DNA of 64,000 nt from a virus (IMGVR_UViG_3300028920_000052:1-64000); one strand, 5' to 3'. Positions 30,877 through 41,702 are shown, counted from the stretch's first letter. The notes: a model not told the origin generated them from the sequence alone. Program-made: numbers and translations.

Positions 30877-32004
30877 TTAAAGAGTAACAGTTCTAGTCTC
30901 TATTTTTCTATATGTATCTTCTGACATTTTATCCGCTGAAGGAAGTTCTTTATATACAGAAGTAGCTCCGTCAAAATACATTGGGATTTCTTTATTAGTT
31001 TCAGATATATTAGATTTAAGAATAATAAAACTTCTATAAGCATCTTTTAGTCTATCAATATTATATCCTTCATAGTTTCCAATACCAAATCTATTAGGTG
31101 CCCACAATCCAAATATGAGTATATGATCTCTTTGGCATTCTTTTGAATTACCTAATCCGTCTAAAGAAACTTTACATCTTTCTACTATAAGATTACCTCT
31201 TAAATCAAATTGAGGTTTTTCTGACTCTGCAGCTTGTTGTAAAATATTAATTACATTCCACTTCCAATGCTTAGTTATTTGAAGTCTGCCATATCTAGAA
31301 GTCCATTTATTAATAGTTTCTAATCTAGTTTCACCTTTTTCAGTCTGTAAATTATTCAAATTATCTATTACCCAGATTACTTGCTCATCAGGATCATTAG
31401 GAACATAGTGAGAGTATACTTCATGTTTATAAGTACCACCTTTATCATCAGAAAAATCCATTTCCTTTGTATAATGTGTGCCAATTTTATTACTTATAGC
31501 TCTTCCCCACTTATAAATTCCAGTAGGATTGTACACACTGTCATTTATCTCACAATAACTAAGTAATTCATTTATTTCTTCTTCTGCAGAATCTAATAAG
31601 CTCTCAATTTCTTTTGGTAAAGGAGCACCTCTTCTACTATTTAGTTCAAGAACATCTGTTCTTTTATTAAATTTGTGTAATATTACAGCTGAATACAATT
31701 TTGCAATAAAATCTTCTTTACTATCTTCTAACAAAGAGATAAGAAACCTAAATTTATAATTATTTTTTGGATGCTTCTTTTTTAATTTATACACTGTTAA
31801 AAGTAATAATCCTATCCAAGAGTTGCTTTTACCTACACCTGAACCAGCAGTTATCATTACTTGAATTGCTGGTGGAATTACAGGAATAAATTGTCCTAGC
31901 TTTGGAAAAGATTCATAAAGAGGTAATCCTACCAATTTTCCTTCTAAAACTTTTTGTTTATTATCTAAAAAAGTTTGTTTAACTTGTTTTACAGTATCTT
32001 TCAT
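30877..32004 (-). CDS. DnaB-like replicative helicase
   Basis: TAGSGVGKS, VIDNL, LQQA and QRDHILIFGL motifs. Confidence 0.85.
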   Translation of the reverse strand: MKDTVKQVKQTFLDNKQKVLEGKLVGLPLYESFPKLGQFIPVIPPAIQVMITAGSGVGKSNSWIGLLLLTVYKLKKKHPKNNYKFRFLISLLEDSKEDFIAKLYSAVILHKFNKRTDVLELNSRRGAPLPKEIESLLDSAEEEINELLSYCEINDSVYNPTGIYKWGRAISNKIGTHYTKEMDFSDDKGGTYKHEVYSHYVPNDPDEQVIWVIDNLNNLQTEKGETRLETINKWTSRYGRLQITKHWKWNVINILQQAAESEKPQFDLRGNLIVERCKVSLDGLGNSKECQRDHILIFGLWAPNRFGIGNYEGYNIDRLKDAYRSFIILKSNISETNKEIPMYFDGATSVYKELPSADKMSEDTYRKIETRTVTL

Positions 32005-32534
32005 ACCATTTCACTAGTTCTACCTATTTGAGGTTTAAAACTTAAATATTTAACATCTTGTTGCCACTTTTGTTGATTAATATATGTTTCTAAATTATTC
32101 ATATATTCATAATCTTTACTAGCAACTCTTGCTTTAACTATCTGTATTATTTTATTGTGAATTTCCACACTTTTTACTTTTGCAAGATATTTTTTTCTGC
32201 ATACTTCATAATCTCTAGTAGGTTTACCTATCCACATTTTTTTACTTGCTCTTAATATTCTACCAGAAGGAGTAGTAACAGGAAATACTTCCCAAAATTC
32301 ATCAAAGTTAACAACAGGATGTTTAGGTTCAAATAGTTCTTTAGCCTTACTTCTTAGTTCAATAGTATCTTCACAGTATTTAACCCACATGTTATTTTCC
32401 ATATTTTCTAACATTTTAGAAGGCCAATGATACTCTCCTGCTAATGGATCTTCTCCCTCATTAATTAAGGCAAGAAACATAAATTCATCAACAAATAATC
32501 CACTTTTTTTAAGTGCTTTTAAATCTATTTCCAT
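32001..32534 (-). CDS. Putative replication initiator / helicase loader
   Basis: FDEFWEVFP and YMNNLETYINQQKW; directly upstream of DnaB. Start placed at MEIDLK. Confidence 0.5.
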   Translation of the reverse strand: MEIDLKALKKSGLFVDEFMFLALINEGEDPLAGEYHWPSKMLENMENNMWVKYCEDTIELRSKAKELFEPKHPVVNFDEFWEVFPVTTPSGRILRASKKMWIGKPTRDYEVCRKKYLAKVKSVEIHNKIIQIVKARVASKDYEYMNNLETYINQQKWQQDVKYLSFKPQIGRTSEMV

Positions 32535-32535
32535 A

Positions 32536-33973
32536 TTAAATTTCAATATTATAAGTTCCACCAGTAAGTGTATATGGTTCTCCAACTGTACCTGTTTTAT
32601 CCCCATATGTAAACCAAGGCTGTACTACCCAAGGTTGATAAAGATCTACAACAATTGGTGGAGTAGTCCATGTAATAGTAACATTAGTTTCTAATGAGAA
32701 CTCTCTCCATTTATCATAAGGTAAAAGTTTCTCTAATATTTCTACAAAAGCACCAAGATTTACTTTATCTTCAATCTTGATTATTTTATTATCTGTATCA
32801 AGTTGTAATTTCATCTTTTTCTTCATAAATAAGTTTAAATTTTCTTAATTCTTGGTTGTATTTATAAACAAATACTTTATCAAATTCTATTTCTATTTCA
32901 AGAATACCGCTTCTAATAAAGTTACCGTTAATAATGGTATTAAAATAGTCTAAAATAGCTAATTTATTAGAATAATCCCTTAAATCTCCATAAAATACTA
33001 CAACCATCGCAGCAATAGAAGATTCATCAGTATTTTTAATTATTTTATACTCTATGCTCCCTTCACTTCCACAAGGTAATTTAGATTTTTCCCAGTGTTG
33101 AGTATCTTCATCTTCCCATTTACAAATTTTACCTAATTCTTTTTCTGTAGGTAATCCTAATCCTTGAAATCCATCAAATCTAATTGATGCATTCACATGT
33201 GTCCATTGACTCATTATTTAAAGGTTTATTAGTTTTAAAATTAATTTGAAATCCTACATTAAATCCTAACCAATCAAAATGTAGTCCTATTCCTACGTAG
33301 GATTCGTGTATTCCATTTTCATCTTTCCAATCAAATGTTTCATTCATTTGAGCATCTATAAAGAAATCAAGTGATGGGAATAATGCAATATCAAGATATT
33401 TACAAGTTAGATAATGCAGTCCTCCCCACCACTCAAATCTCTTAAAAGATAAATCTGCATTATTAAGCTCTTCTATTAAATCTTTAGTGTCCATACTGCT
33501 TATATAAAAGTTCATTTTCTGTCTCACATATCTCTAAAGAATATACTTTAATTACATCATCTAAAGTACAATCAATAAGGAATTCTTTTTTAAGGAATTC
33601 ATAGATTTCATCATATCCTCCAATAGGAGAAAATTTATGATGTATAATATCACATAGTTCTCTAAGAATTGTTAAACTTACTTTTTTTAATATAGGTTTA
33701 ACTTCTTCTTTTATAATATGAGGTTTTATTGTATTAATCATCTTTAGTATATTGATTAAAGTAATCTTCTACAGTTATGTCATCATTTATTATTTCTGCT
33801 TTGCTTGTTTGCATGAATTCTTTTAAATAGCTTTTTACTTCTTCTCCTTTAATATTAGGATATTTTTCTTTAAATTCTTCTTTACATTCTCTACAAATAT
33901 ATCCTATATCTGGAATATACGTGTCACATAAAATATTCTCACAGTCTTTTCTAGAACAGTTCATTACTCCCAT
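32536..33973 (-). other. Five small hypothetical ORFs (32536-32826, 32798-33214, 33180-33527, 33484-33741, 33734-33973)
   Basis: Contiguous minus-strand ORFs of 79-138 aa. Confidence 0.55.
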
Positions 33974-33975
33974 AG

Positions 33976-35112
33976 TTATAATTCATTAAAATTAATCCAA
34001 TTAAGATATTCTGTATTAAATCCTTCTAAAGCAGTTTTAAGATATTGAGTATCCTGAGTATTCTTTACATAGAGTATATAATATTCAGGATGTTCTGCAC
34101 GAAGCACTCGCCCGCAGCTTTGAATAAAAGACTTCATATTATTATCTAATTGCACCATTACTCCTGCTTCAATATTGTTAAGATTCATACTTTCTCTAAG
34201 CATTCTAGTAGTAAATAATTTACTAATCTTACCTTCATTAAAATCTTTTATCATATCTGCTCTTAAATCTGCAGATATATTAGAATGTACTGAATAGCCA
34301 TTAGACAATATTTCAGATTGTGCTATAGAATAAGTAAAACATATTAATCTTTTATCCTTTAGTTTATGTAATAAAATTTTAGCATAAGGTGTTTTAAGGT
34401 CTGAAAGAAACTTTTTTCTTGTTCCTCCAGCTCTTAACCAATTAGTTTTATCCCATTCTGTTCTGCTACTAAAAAACCTTTGTTTTAAGTACTCAATTCT
34501 ATTTGACTGTAAATCATACCATTCTTGTTGTGTACATGGTTTAGATTTATCTCTACTAAATTTAAACACATATTTTTTACTTTTGGTATCTAAGACTATT
34601 CCAATAAGATGTATTTTAGGCTCAGGTAAAATTTCTTCTTTTATAGCATGAGACATAGTAATTTTATGGTAAAACACATCTGGAATAATTTTATTTAAAT
34701 TTTCTTTCTGTTTTCTACTAAGAGTAGCAGATAGTCCAACAAGTCTTTTTAGTTTATAAAAATATATTTGTTGAATAGCATTTAGTCTTTTAACACTTAA
34801 TAATCCATTATGAAATTCATCAAAACAATAATATTCATTATCTATAAACTTATGTAAAGATGCATAGCATAGAAATCTAACATTCTCTAATAAACCTTCT
34901 TTACCATGTTTCTTAAATTCATCCTTCCAGTTTTGAATATGGTTAGTTTCTGCTACTACAATGTTCCAAAAACCACCAACTTTTTCCATTATTTTAATGA
35001 AAGTTAAAGATTTTCCCAATCCAGTTGGATGTTCATAGACAATGAAAGGATGCTTTAGTGCTAGTTCAACCGCATTGGACTGTATTTCATCTTTAAGTTG
35101 ATTAGTTTTCAT
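33976..35112 (-). CDS. Superfamily 2 (DExH) helicase
   Basis: PTGLGKS, DEFH, SAT and QSCGRVLR motifs. Confidence 0.9.
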   Translation of the reverse strand: MKTNQLKDEIQSNAVELALKHPFIVYEHPTGLGKSLTFIKIMEKVGGFWNIVVAETNHIQNWKDEFKKHGKEGLLENVRFLCYASLHKFIDNEYYCFDEFHNGLLSVKRLNAIQQIYFYKLKRLVGLSATLSRKQKENLNKIIPDVFYHKITMSHAIKEEILPEPKIHLIGIVLDTKSKKYVFKFSRDKSKPCTQQEWYDLQSNRIEYLKQRFFSSRTEWDKTNWLRAGGTRKKFLSDLKTPYAKILLHKLKDKRLICFTYSIAQSEILSNGYSVHSNISADLRADMIKDFNEGKISKLFTTRMLRESMNLNNIEAGVMVQLDNNMKSFIQSCGRVLRAEHPEYYILYVKNTQDTQYLKTALEGFNTEYLNWINFNEL

Positions 35113-36329
35113 TTTTTATTAATTAAAGTTTTCATAAATAGGTAACTAAATTGTGTATTTAATCCAAAGTGATATTTACCATCTAGTTTTCCTTTATCTA
35201 TAATGTTTAAAACTTCTGCAATAATATCTTCAGATACATCTTTACCTTCTCTTAAATCATACCATTTATAAGGAGTTATAGTTCTTAAAAATTCATAAGC
35301 TTTATGCTGTATTTCATCTTTGATCATTTTTATTTATTTTACTATTATTTGGTTCTTTACTCTTTGTATAAAATTATCAAAGGATTCAAACCTTATTGAC
35401 ACCATCTGTAATGCTGGCATTAATACTTTCCCATCAGTTGTCAATATTTCTTTACAGGTAACTTCATACTGTGTTTCCCATGTTTCAGAGGCTCTGCCAT
35501 GATACCCTTCAAAGGTTCTTCTTATAGATAAATTAAATTGAAGTTCTCCACTAAACCAACCTGTCTGTTCAATGTACTTTGCTATTTCTTCCATTATTCA
35601 ATTAAGTTAATTACATTAAGTATGGATTAATATTATTATTATAAGTGTTATCATTTTTTTTTATTTAATCTGATAAAAGGTCAGTTAATTGAGATCTCGC
35701 TTCATTTTTTATATTAGATAAGTCTATTTCAGAAAGTTTTATTGCTTCTTTTATTAAAGAATTTAAATTAAGCCTAATAACTTTATCTAAATAAAAAGCA
35801 AGTCTAGGCATTTGATGATATACAGCATCTCCAGAGGGTATTTCTGTGGAATAACTTATCAAATATCCTAAATTTTCTCCATTGTTATACCATTTATCTT
35901 TAGAAGTTGTTAGTTCATATATAATTTTTCTATTTTTTTTCTTATTCACAATAGAAGCTTTAGTTATGATAGAAATCATATATTCATGCTCTTCTTTTTC
36001 CTTTAAATATTTATTCATTAAATTTTCCATTATTTCCAAGTATTTAAAAATTCAATATATTCTTTCATTTTTTCAATAGGCACATCAAATGCTTTTTTAT
36101 TTACTTCATACATAAATGCCTCCATTTCATCAAATGCAAATTCAGCTTGATCTCCTTGCCTATTACATTGAAATAATAGTTCTTTCCACATTTGAGAAGC
36201 TTGTTTATGAAGAATATTTACCCATCTTTTAGCACCATGTTTGAGATCTAAGTCTTTAAGACTGTTTATAAATATAGTAAGTACTCCAAATAGTACCATT
36301 ACTTTACTTGATTCTGATATATTTTTCAT
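35109..36329 (-). other. Four small hypothetical ORFs (35109-35327, 35334-35594, 35665-36039, 36030-36329)
   Basis: Contiguous minus-strand ORFs. Confidence 0.55.
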
Positions 36330-36330
36330 G

Positions 36331-39300
36331 TTATTTGGTCCAGTAATCACTAACACTGCAATCAGCAACTATAGGTATTGTTTTGATAGATTCTTGTGCA
36401 GCTTGTATCATTAATCTTTCTAATACCTTACTCCATTCTTCAGCAAAGTCTTCTCTACATTCAGTCTGTATTTCATCATAAATACTTAATAGGATATATA
36501 CAGGGTAGTTATGTTTATCAATTTCATTTTGAACTAGACATAAAGCTCTCTTAATAATATCTCCATTTGTCATTTTTGTTATCCTAAAGGCTCTTTATCC
36601 TTTAGTTCTATAGGTTCTTCATTTCCTATAGTTCGGACTATATCATTAATATTTAAATAATTTATAATATTTTCTGTAAAAATGTATAATTGTTCTATAG
36701 TTGCAGAATTTTTCATAGTATTGGCTAAAGTACTTATAACTTTAACATTCCCTTGTATATATCCTTTAGTATTATCAATTCTATCTAAAGATGGTGAATT
36801 TTGATAATTTCCTTTTGTACCTGTAAATAAAGGTATTTTCAGAATTGGGCATATTTCAGGAATTACTATATCATCTAATGTTATATCAAAAAGAATATCT
36901 TTTTTCAATGCACGTATTTGGGCATTTTTTAATAAACGCTTAGCCACATATCTAGGATATCTTTCTCGTTGTTTATTATTTACATTTTCCCGTATAATAC
37001 TGTCGTCCATTCTATCTTTATAATACTTGCGCTTATTAATATTAACTTTTTCTTTATTTTCACGTCTGTATTTATTTAAATATGCTTTACGTGAGTTATT
37101 ATAACATTTTTTGCAACAAGACATATACGATATTTTACCTTTATATTCACCAACTTTATAAAAATCAATTAAAGGCTTAATTTCGCTACATTTTTTACAT
37201 TTTTTCATAGTATCTACATTAGTTTATTTACTAATGTAAATATAATAAAATTATTTGAATATTATTCCATTTTCGTGGGAAAAATATACTCCTATAATTT
37301 ATAGGTATCATTTCCTAGTCTCTGCACCTTCAAAAATATTACTATTTAAGCTTGGCTCAAGATTGGCATCTCAGCTTTCCTTGAATTTATGGAATTTAGA
37401 CAGGGCACAATTTAGCATCTACCCTGTATCGGACTATTTTTACTTTTTCTTTCAATACTACCTAAAGATTTATAATCTTCTTTATTTAAAGAAAGATTTT
37501 TATAATTTTTAAAATAAGATTTCCACTCAGGAAAATATCTTAGTCTTCTATATGGAGCACCTGTTCTAATATATCCTCTTGTTTTACCTAATTCTCCTAA
37601 ATGCACTAGAAATGAATATACTTGTGATACTCTAGAAAAGAAGGTTTTAATAAGTTTTTTAGCATCATCTACTGATACTTGTATTGTATCTGCTAACTTA
37701 TATTCTGACATTCCAAAAGCCAATCCAAAATTTATAGTCTTTTGTACATCTCTGTATGTAAATGTAGGTTTTGGTGGAAATGGTTTTTTTACATCCTTTA
37801 TAGGAATATTAAATGTCATTGCACATAGTTTAGAGTGCAAATCTTCCCCGTTCTTAAACGCATTAACCCAGGTTGGATCTTGGCTGAATTCTGCTATAAT
37901 TCTGAGTTCCATCAACAGGTTTTCTTCCTGCTGGACTTTATCTTAACCATATACAATTATATTGTACTTAGGTAATCTCCGTTAAGTCTCTACACCTTCC
38001 TTATTTCACACAAGGCTTGGCTCGGTATTCCCAACGCTGGTTCACCGAATTTGAAGATTTTGTACTTTAAATGTTTCCAAATAAAGAGGCATATAATCTG
38101 TTATATTTTCTTTCTAGATAAACAGATGCGTTTTTGTATATTAAATTATATAAAGAAGCTATGTCTTTTTTAGAATATATTCCTATTATGTAAATACTAT
38201 CTTTTCTACAAGAAACTGTACAATGAATATTATTTTGGGTAAACCACTCTACAAGTTGATTCTTAAATTCTACAGATTGGGTAGCAATTTCAGTCCTACC
38301 AGTAGTTTTTCTAATAAACCCATCTCCATCTATTACTCCTCTAATAAAAGAAGGTGATAGTGAAATATTCATTTTAATAGTTTTACTTTTTCTGGGAGTT
38401 ATTCCAAGATTTCTCAAGAATAAATTACAAGATTTATTTTTGAATACGACTCTATATTCAATAGAATTAAACTTTTTACTAAAAACTGTTCTTATAGGTA
38501 CCTTTGAAAATTTTGAATACTTTTTTATATGTTCTAAATCTTTTTCTTGTAATCCTAAAGATACTACATATTCTTTATCTCCTATAGTTCCATCAGAAGC
38601 AAGCATACCTAACCAATATTGCACTTCTTCATTTTCTAAATCTAAAAATGGATTAAGTACTTTACTTTGAGCTTCTGATTGATTTCTTGGAATTATTCTA
38701 TTTCTTAATAATATTCTTCTAATAGTAGTATTATAAGTTTTTAACTCTAAAGCTAATTGTTTCGTAGTCTTACCCTGTAAATATTCTTTAACTATTTGTT
38801 CTTCATTATATTTTAACATACGTATAATTATTGATTCGGCAATATATACCACAATAATCATACCAATTTTTATCTTCTACCGCTGTAGTCTCCACCAACA
38901 ATTTTATATCCTTCTCTAGGTATAAAAGCACTTCTAATTTCTTTACCAAATTCTCCATGTGAAGGGATTTGATTTAGGTTAGGTTCTGATACTGAGATTC
39001 TTCCAGTTGCCAATATTTGCCATACATTATAATGAACTCTTTTAGTAACAGAATTTATATGTTTTAAAAAGTTCATACCAAAAGCATCAGCAAGTTTATT
39101 ATGTTTACTGTAATTTATTAATAGGGAAACTAATGAATGGCTAAACTTATTTTTTTGCAGTATTCTATCTCCTACAGAGTCAATTTTTAATCCTAATTCT
39201 CTTAATATTTCTAATTTCTGTTGATTTGACTTCCAATTTATGTAAGTATCTCTTTCTGTATTATCAAAGAAAAGATTTCCTTGTTTATATATTGTACAAT

Positions 39301-40060
39301 ATTTAGTTAAAGCATTAGTATTCGGTAAATCTTTAGTACCTAATTTATAAATTAAAGTATCCATTTCTTTTTCTACATCATCTCTAATTTTTGAAGCTTT
39401 AATTGCAACATTTTTCCATTTATCAGTGTCTACTCTAATCCCAGTGTACTCCATCCTAGCAAATACTTTTACTACTTCATTTTCTAAATTTAATGTGTTT
39501 TCTAACCCTAAAGTTTTTATTTTTGGCAATTGTAAGTCTTTGATTTTACCTAAATACTTTACATCATTACATCCATAAACTATTACTCTATCTGATAATC
39601 CTTCAGAATGTATTTTTCCTCTTATTTCTTTATCTAATTCAACATTAAGGTACTTCTTTGCTATACCTTTTAAACTTACATCTCTTTCTTCATCTGAATA
39701 TCCAGTAGTTAGAATGCATTCAGCAAGAAATGTATCATAAATATTTTCTACAACTAGATTATTATGATAAAGAAATTTTAAATCAAATTTTGCGTTTTGA
39801 AATAAAAATAACTTAGACTTATCTGCAAATAAAGGTATAAAAACTGAAGAATCTATACTACTCCAATCAATAAAAAATTGATTATCATAATCTCCTAATT
39901 GTAAAGATATTACTCTTTTAGTATAAGGGTCAAATCCTTCAGTTTCTGTATCTACTCCTATTTCTTTTAAACTATTACAATATTCAAGACAATCTTGAAT
40001 ACTTGCTAGTTTTATATCTTCATTTTCAATTCTTTTTTGATTACTGACTAAGTATATCAT
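36331..40060 (-). CDS. polA: Family A DNA polymerase, spliced: exons 40060-38879, 37912-37421 and 36570-36331 (637 aa)
   Basis: Exonuclease motifs DTET, NAKFD and YGCND. Joining exons restores motif A (DYSG|MELRIIA) and NSPIQG|TNGDIIK. Motif B KTINFGLAFG and motif C IYDE. Confidence 0.92.
36571..37420 (-). mobile_element. Group I intron 2 in the DNA polymerase (850 nt)
   Basis: Exon ends CAGGGU with P1 partner GCCCUG; P/Q AAAUUCAAGGAA and AAUCUUGAGCCAAG; R GCAGAGACUA; S GAUAUAGUCC; terminal G before ACA AAT GGA. Confidence 0.92.
36579..37208 (-). CDS. Intron-encoded HNH-like homing endonuclease
   Basis: CKKC...CKKC, CPIL and SLDRIDNTKGYIQGNV...N motifs; 3' end overlaps the intron P7'/P9 region. 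Confidence 0.85.
   Translation of the reverse strand: MKKCKKCSEIKPLIDFYKVGEYKGKISYMSCCKKCYNNSRKAYLNKYRRENKEKVNINKRKYYKDRMDDSIIRENVNNKQRERYPRYVAKRLLKNAQIRALKKDILFDITLDDIVIPEICPILKIPLFTGTKGNYQNSPSLDRIDNTKGYIQGNVKVISTLANTMKNSATIEQLYIFTENIINYLNINDIVRTIGNEEPIELKDKEPLG
37913..38878 (-). mobile_element. Group I intron 1 in the DNA polymerase (966 nt)
   Basis: Exon ends ...AGCGGU; core AAAUUCGGUGAA, AAUACCGAGCCAAG, GUAGAGACUUA and AAGAUAAAGUCC; ends CCUGUUG before ATG GAA CTC. Confidence 0.92.
38067..38819 (-). CDS. Intron-encoded LAGLIDADG homing endonuclease with N-terminal HTH
   Basis: YWLGMLASDG and FIRGVIDGDG motifs, C-terminal LERK. Confidence 0.9.
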   Translation of the reverse strand: MLKYNEEQIVKEYLQGKTTKQLALELKTYNTTIRRILLRNRIIPRNQSEAQSKVLNPFLDLENEEVQYWLGMLASDGTIGDKEYVVSLGLQEKDLEHIKKYSKFSKVPIRTVFSKKFNSIEYRVVFKNKSCNLFLRNLGITPRKSKTIKMNISLSPSFIRGVIDGDGFIRKTTGRTEIATQSVEFKNQLVEWFTQNNIHCTVSCRKDSIYIIGIYSKKDIASLYNLIYKNASVYLERKYNRLYASLFGNI

Positions 40061-40461
40061 ATCTTCTTTATAAATAAAAGTATTATTCTTTCCTCTATTA
40101 GTATTTCGTAGGATAGTATTTTATTTTCTGTTACTAGTATATATTCAGTAGCAGATACTTTAATAAAGTCTTTATCATTATTAAAAGCTTTTAACATATT
40201 ACCTAGTATAGATATTTCATAAGCATATACTTGCATATCACAAATATCTTTTTCATTAAAATACATCCATACTATTACTTCTTCTTTTTCAAGTATTAAA
40301 TACTTAACACCTTCTTCTGTATATTTAGTTATTGCTTGTGAATATTCATCTTTAATTGTAGTGTAATCTACATCAAGCTTTAACTTTATATCTTGTGCAA
40401 AAGTATTACCACTTAAACATAAGATTATTATTATAATTAAATTTTTCATTAATTTATACAT
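40057..40461 (-). CDS. Putative secreted protein
   Basis: Signal-like MKNLIIIIILCLSGNTFA|QD. Confidence 0.6.
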   Translation of the reverse strand: MYKLMKNLIIIIILCLSGNTFAQDIKLKLDVDYTTIKDEYSQAITKYTEEGVKYLILEKEEVIVWMYFNEKDICDMQVYAYEISILGNMLKAFNNDKDFIKVSATEYILVTENKILSYEILIEERIILLFIKKI

Positions 40462-40496
40462 AGTTATTCTTTGGTTTAATCATACCTACTAGGTAG

Positions 40497-40811
40497 TTAG
40501 CGTCCAGTTTGCCATTGTTCATTGCAATCATCACACTCAAATGTATTCTCGTTTACCCAATAATAAACTAATTTACTTCCGCATCTAGGGCAAACCGTAC
40601 CCTTACCCACAGGCTCAACGCTCTCGCTAACAGCGGGTATAGAACAGTTTTTTAACCCTGCTTTTACCAATGGAATTAAGCCATCAACAATTTTGGTCAA
40701 ACTTTCTCTTGGTATATATTCATATCCTGTTTCATTCTCTGGCATATATTCATACACTTTGTGTTTCCAAAATTGTTTATCCAAATAATCTACTATTTTA
40801 TCTCTATTCAT
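40497..40811 (-). CDS. Cassette-borne protein with C-terminal Zn ribbon
   Basis: CPRC...CDDC; the stop codon is the complement of the GTTA core. Confidence 0.65.
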   Translation of the reverse strand: MNRDKIVDYLDKQFWKHKVYEYMPENETGYEYIPRESLTKIVDGLIPLVKAGLKNCSIPAVSESVEPVGKGTVCPRCGSKLVYYWVNENTFECDDCNEQWQTGR

Positions 40812-40859
40812 ATTTCTACTTTTAAGTCGTTAAAAAACCGATTCCATACCTGAGTACCG

Positions 40860-41072
40860 TTAGCGGTAATACTGGTTTAACGCTAAGTTTCGTTCGCAAA
40901 ATGCACATATCTTTTTATGTTGTTTACTAAACACAACATATTTACATCTATCGCAAGGGTCTTCATCATTTTCTGTCAGAGTAGGTGTTCCATATTTGTA
41001 AATGGAAGTACTACCGCTAACAATGCGTATAATCCATTGCTTGCATTCTGCTAATTTGTTAAGTATCTTCAT
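40860..41072 (-). CDS. Cassette-borne small Cys protein
   Basis: CDRC...CAFC; the stop codon is the complement of the GTTA core. Confidence 0.55.
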   Translation of the reverse strand: MKILNKLAECKQWIIRIVSGSTSIYKYGTPTLTENDEDPCDRCKYVVFSKQHKKICAFCERNLALNQYYR

Positions 41073-41349
41073 TTTATAATTTTTAGTTGTTAATTAAAGT
41101 TTCGGCTATTAAACGCAACGTATCATACGCTCACCGTTGTGGTGCATTAAAACGTTCGCTCCGCCACCACAACATGCAATATACTGCATGGCTTTGTAGT
41201 GGCTTCGATTAAACGTCTGTGCCAATTTACCGTAATTAAACATTTTTATATCGCACAAATAAATATTTCCAATGCCTTTGTCCAGTATCGTCAAACACAT
41301 AATGCATCTAATCCGCAACTAATCTTATACAAACCGTTATGCGTAATAG

Positions 41350-41592
41350 CTATAACTTTTCCAATTGTCCTATACAGTGTTTCAAACACATTAAATTCCA
41401 TTCTTTCCAATACCTAGCATCCTCTTTATTTGTTTTTATTACAGTTCTTAAAGTTCCATTTACGTATTTAATCAAACCTTTAGGTTCGCTACTACGCATA
41501 ACACCGTATAAAACAAATAGCTCTTTATCTGCTTGTTTTGGTGTTATTTTACCTTCTGCAACTTTCTGTAAAATTTTAATTCTATTTTTCAT
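41350..41592 (-). CDS. Cassette-borne small protein
   Basis: N-terminus ILQKVAEGKITPKQADKEL; starts inside the loop of the last attC-like site. Confidence 0.55.
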   Translation of the reverse strand: MKNRIKILQKVAEGKITPKQADKELFVLYGVMRSSEPKGLIKYVNGTLRTVIKTNKEDARYWKEWNLMCLKHCIGQLEKL

Positions 41593-41661
41593 ATCTCGCT
41601 ACTTGTCTTATACATCAACGTTATGGCTCAATCCCTCCTGCAATTTACAAACATTTTCATA

Positions 41662-41702
41662 TAAAAAAAATAAGCCCTACACACATTACTGTATGTAGAG
41701 CT
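41662..41702 (-). terminator. Intrinsic terminator upstream of the cassette array
   Basis: Minus-strand hairpin GCTCTACATACAG-TAA-TGTGTGTAGGGC followed by a T tract. Confidence 0.6.

Larger units (their letters stand above)
40496..41626 (+). mobile_element. Array of integron attC-like cassettes without a local integrase (CALIN-like)
   Basis: Four GTT...AAC complementary core pairs alternate with AAC...GTT segments, three of which form imperfect palindromes. CG dinucleotides are visibly enriched relative to the flanks. Confidence 0.7.

Noticed and set aside
36331-40060. PolA as a pseudogene or intein-split gene
   Set aside because: The inserts contain stop codons and group I core elements with U|...G boundaries; there are no intein Cys/His-Asn termini.
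40496-41626. CRISPR array
   Set aside because: The repeats are inverted, differ between units and have irregular spacing; no identical direct repeats.
41109-41698. ORFs 41109-41318 (-), 41199-41417 (+) and 41339-41698 (+)
   Set aside because: They cross cassette boundaries or oppose the better minus-strand ORF and lack recognisable features.
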